DNA from: Azolla caroliniana
Taxonomy: Eukaryota > Plantae > Polypodiophyta
Direction of reading: 5' to 3'
DNA: 64,000 nt
Assembly (NCBI GenBank): GCA_043228905.1
Contig: JBHGNT010000016.1
Location: 10,540,001-10,604,000 of the forward strand
Shown here: positions 61,759 through 64,000 of the stretch, one piece after another
Numbering within the stretch: position 1 is the stretch's first letter
Layout of the letters: the number at the start of each line of letters is the position of its first letter
Translations under genes and position numbers: made by a program
Notes under the pieces: generated by a model
The model's input: the letters and a program-made list of their open reading frames with translations, nothing else
Database searches by the model: none
What the model was told of the DNA's origin: nothing

Positions 61759-64000
61759 TATTGAGAGACAAGCTCAACATCGGCCGGATCGGCTGAAGAA
61801 GCCGAGGACCGGATCGGTTGGGACCGATCGGTTAGGCCGAATGTGTAAACCGGTACGCAGACCGGTGCGTAGGTAGGGCCGGATCGGTGCGTAAACCGGG
61901 AGGCCGTTAGGAAAGATATTCCATGAGGAATATATTTGGGAGGTAGTGTGGGAGCTCTTAATGAGCATTGAAGTACTATCAGTACTTCGGTCAGTCCTTC
62001 TAGGACTTGTATAAAAGCGTTCATTGAACACATATATGTACAGAGTGGTGAATAGAGATTTATGGTTTTTTTAATATAGTTCTTGTGTTTTCTCTCTCTC
62101 ACTCTCTCACTCTCTCCCACGTATACTGCGTAAGCTCAAGCTCTCCATTAAACCTGAGTTTTCTTCCTTCTATTCGGTCTTTATACTTGCAGAGGAGTTG
62201 AGACGGACTTACAGTCGGCCATCCCAAATTTGAAGAGCATACTTAGCACGTAATGACGTTGGCTGATCAATATGCCTTCGGGGGTATGGATCACTTCGAT
62301 CCTGAGGAAGTAATGAAGGTCCCCCAGATCCTTCATGTCGAACGATGCCGCAAGCTGGAGCTTCATGCGGTCAATTTCACCGAGGTCGGCGCCGGTGATG
62401 ACCAAGTCATCAACATATAGCAAAATACTAACCGGTCCGAGTCAACCTTTCCGGATGAACAGGGAAGAGTCTGATTTTGACGTGACGAAGCCCAGCCGAC
62501 GCAGTTGTTGCGTGATCTTCGCGTTCCAGGCACGCGGAGCTTGCTTCAGTCCGTAAAGGGACATCTTCAGTCGGCATATTGCCGAGGAGTTCGTTCTAGA
62601 GGGAAATCCAGGGGGTTGTACCATGTACACCTATTCCTCAAGGTCACCTTGTAGGAACGCATTCTTTACATCCATCTGATGTAGGTGCCACCCCTTGGCC
62701 GCGGCTACTGTGAGCAAAACACGGATGGTCATCATTTTCGCGACCGGCGCAAACGTCTCATCGTAGTCGATGCCTTGTTTCTGCGCGTAGCCCTTTGCCA
62801 CTAGCCGAGCCTTGTACCGGTTGACCGAGCCCTCGGTGTTGTACTTGACCTTGTACACCCACCTACACCTGATTGGGATTACCCCTGTTGGTGCGTCAAC
62901 CAGGTCCCAGGTCTCATTCTCTGCCAATGCGTGCATCTCTTCCTCCATCGCGGCACGCCAATTCGCGTCTTTAGCCGCTTCTGCGTAGCTCTCCGGCTCA
63001 CGCACTTCTGCTACACGGGTCATGTACGCATAATGATGCGCCATGTACTCGTTGTATCCGAACCGCAAACACTTGATCTTTCATCCCGTTTCCGTTTCCA
63101 CGAACCCTTTGAGGTCCCAGAAGCAGTCGAAGACTTCGCTCTTCCTCTCAATGAGGTAGATCCACGTGTGCCGTGTGTGGTCGTCAATGAGGGAGACGAA
63201 ATATCGGCTCCCGCCAAGACTAACGTTTTGTGCCGGCCCCCACACATCGGAGTGTATAAGGTCGAGCTTATTCCGGCTCCGGTTTCGCTCGTTGGGGAAA
63301 GGAAGTCGGTGTTGCTTCCCGAGCTGGCAGGCTTCACAAATTTGTGCCTTTCGGCCACTAAATTTGGGCAATCCGAATACTACCTGTTTCGATTGCAGAT
63401 CTTGAAGCCGCTGGTAGTTGACGTGGCCTATCCGCTTATGCCACAAGTCGATGTCCGACTCGGTTTTTCTTCCCTTCGCGAACATTGCGGTGCCGCCGTC
63501 AGTGGAGTCGAGGATGAACATCCTCCCATCTCTGCGCCCTTGCGCAATCACACGGCCTTCTTCCTCAATGAAGCACCCGAGGTGTGTAAACCGAACCTCC
63601 ATCCCTTGGTCGACGATCTGTCCGACCGAGACCAAGTTCTTCGTGATTGTCGGAACGTGCAACACGTTCATATGTTTCCCTTTCTGCCCGACATGGCTAA
63701 GGGGAACTTCTCCGACATTCGCGATCGGATGCGGAGTGTCGTCTCCTGTTGCGACTACTCCAAGTTGTATCGGTTTTCCAAGGTACGAGAACCACTCCTT
63801 ATGGCTCTTCATGTGGTTTGACGCGCCGGAGTCTACGTACCACACCTCGTCCGACCTTGGGGTGGTTTGTTTCATTGAGTTTGCTTCGTGTCTCGTCACG
63901 AATGCAGACCCTTCTCCGGCTCTCCCGGAGTCTTCGGTGTAGTGCGATCGCTGCCGATTTCCCTTGTCGGTATGTCCGGAGCCGTTTCCGGAACCGGTTC
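61759..64000. mobile_element. Ty1/Copia G2: plus-strand LTR (61759-62190, 3'-truncated) abutting minus-strand G-family pol
   Basis: The LTR start matches G1 (TGTTGAGAGACAAGC). Segment 62191-64000 is the reverse complement of G-family sequence (G1 ~44245 onward, extending past the G1 RT truncation) with an 890-bp deletion. Confidence 0.85.

Overview
This is eukaryotic DNA, most likely from a land plant. It is almost entirely a nested stack of decayed LTR retrotransposons; I found no host gene, RNA gene or CRISPR array. Labels A-G are mine. LTR ends, primer-binding sites (PBS), polypurine tracts (PPT) and target-site duplications (TSD) resolve 13 insertions. Ty3/Gypsy family A (tRNA-Trp-like PBS, 4-bp TSD) has copies A1 (1-4912), A2 (4913-6911) and A3 (40111-50699, minus). 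Ty3/Gypsy family E (tRNA-Arg-like PBS, 5-bp TSD, large extra ORF 3' of pol) has copies E1 (15504-25037), E2 (31493-53796) and E3 (32450-39561), plus a distant relative B (6912-10358). The Ty1/Copia elements are C (minus, split across 10359-61758), D1 (11062-26020), D2 (28264-60322), G1 (43099-46779), G2 (61759 to the window end) and the young, near-intact F (54850-60128). Nesting reaches five levels (C>D2>E2>A3>G1). The most unusual signal is that all three E copies lack a PPT. Instead, 2 nt upstream of the 3' LTR they carry a sense copy of a tRNA-Arg-like 3' end (TCCCAC-A[T/G/A]GCGTGCCA), which mirrors the 5' PBS and suggests tRNA-primed or self-primed second-strand synthesis. Other highlights are a candidate -1 frameshift signal between protease and RT in family A, a conserved accessory ORF shared by E and B, and a duplicated antisense domain in the 3' region of A2.
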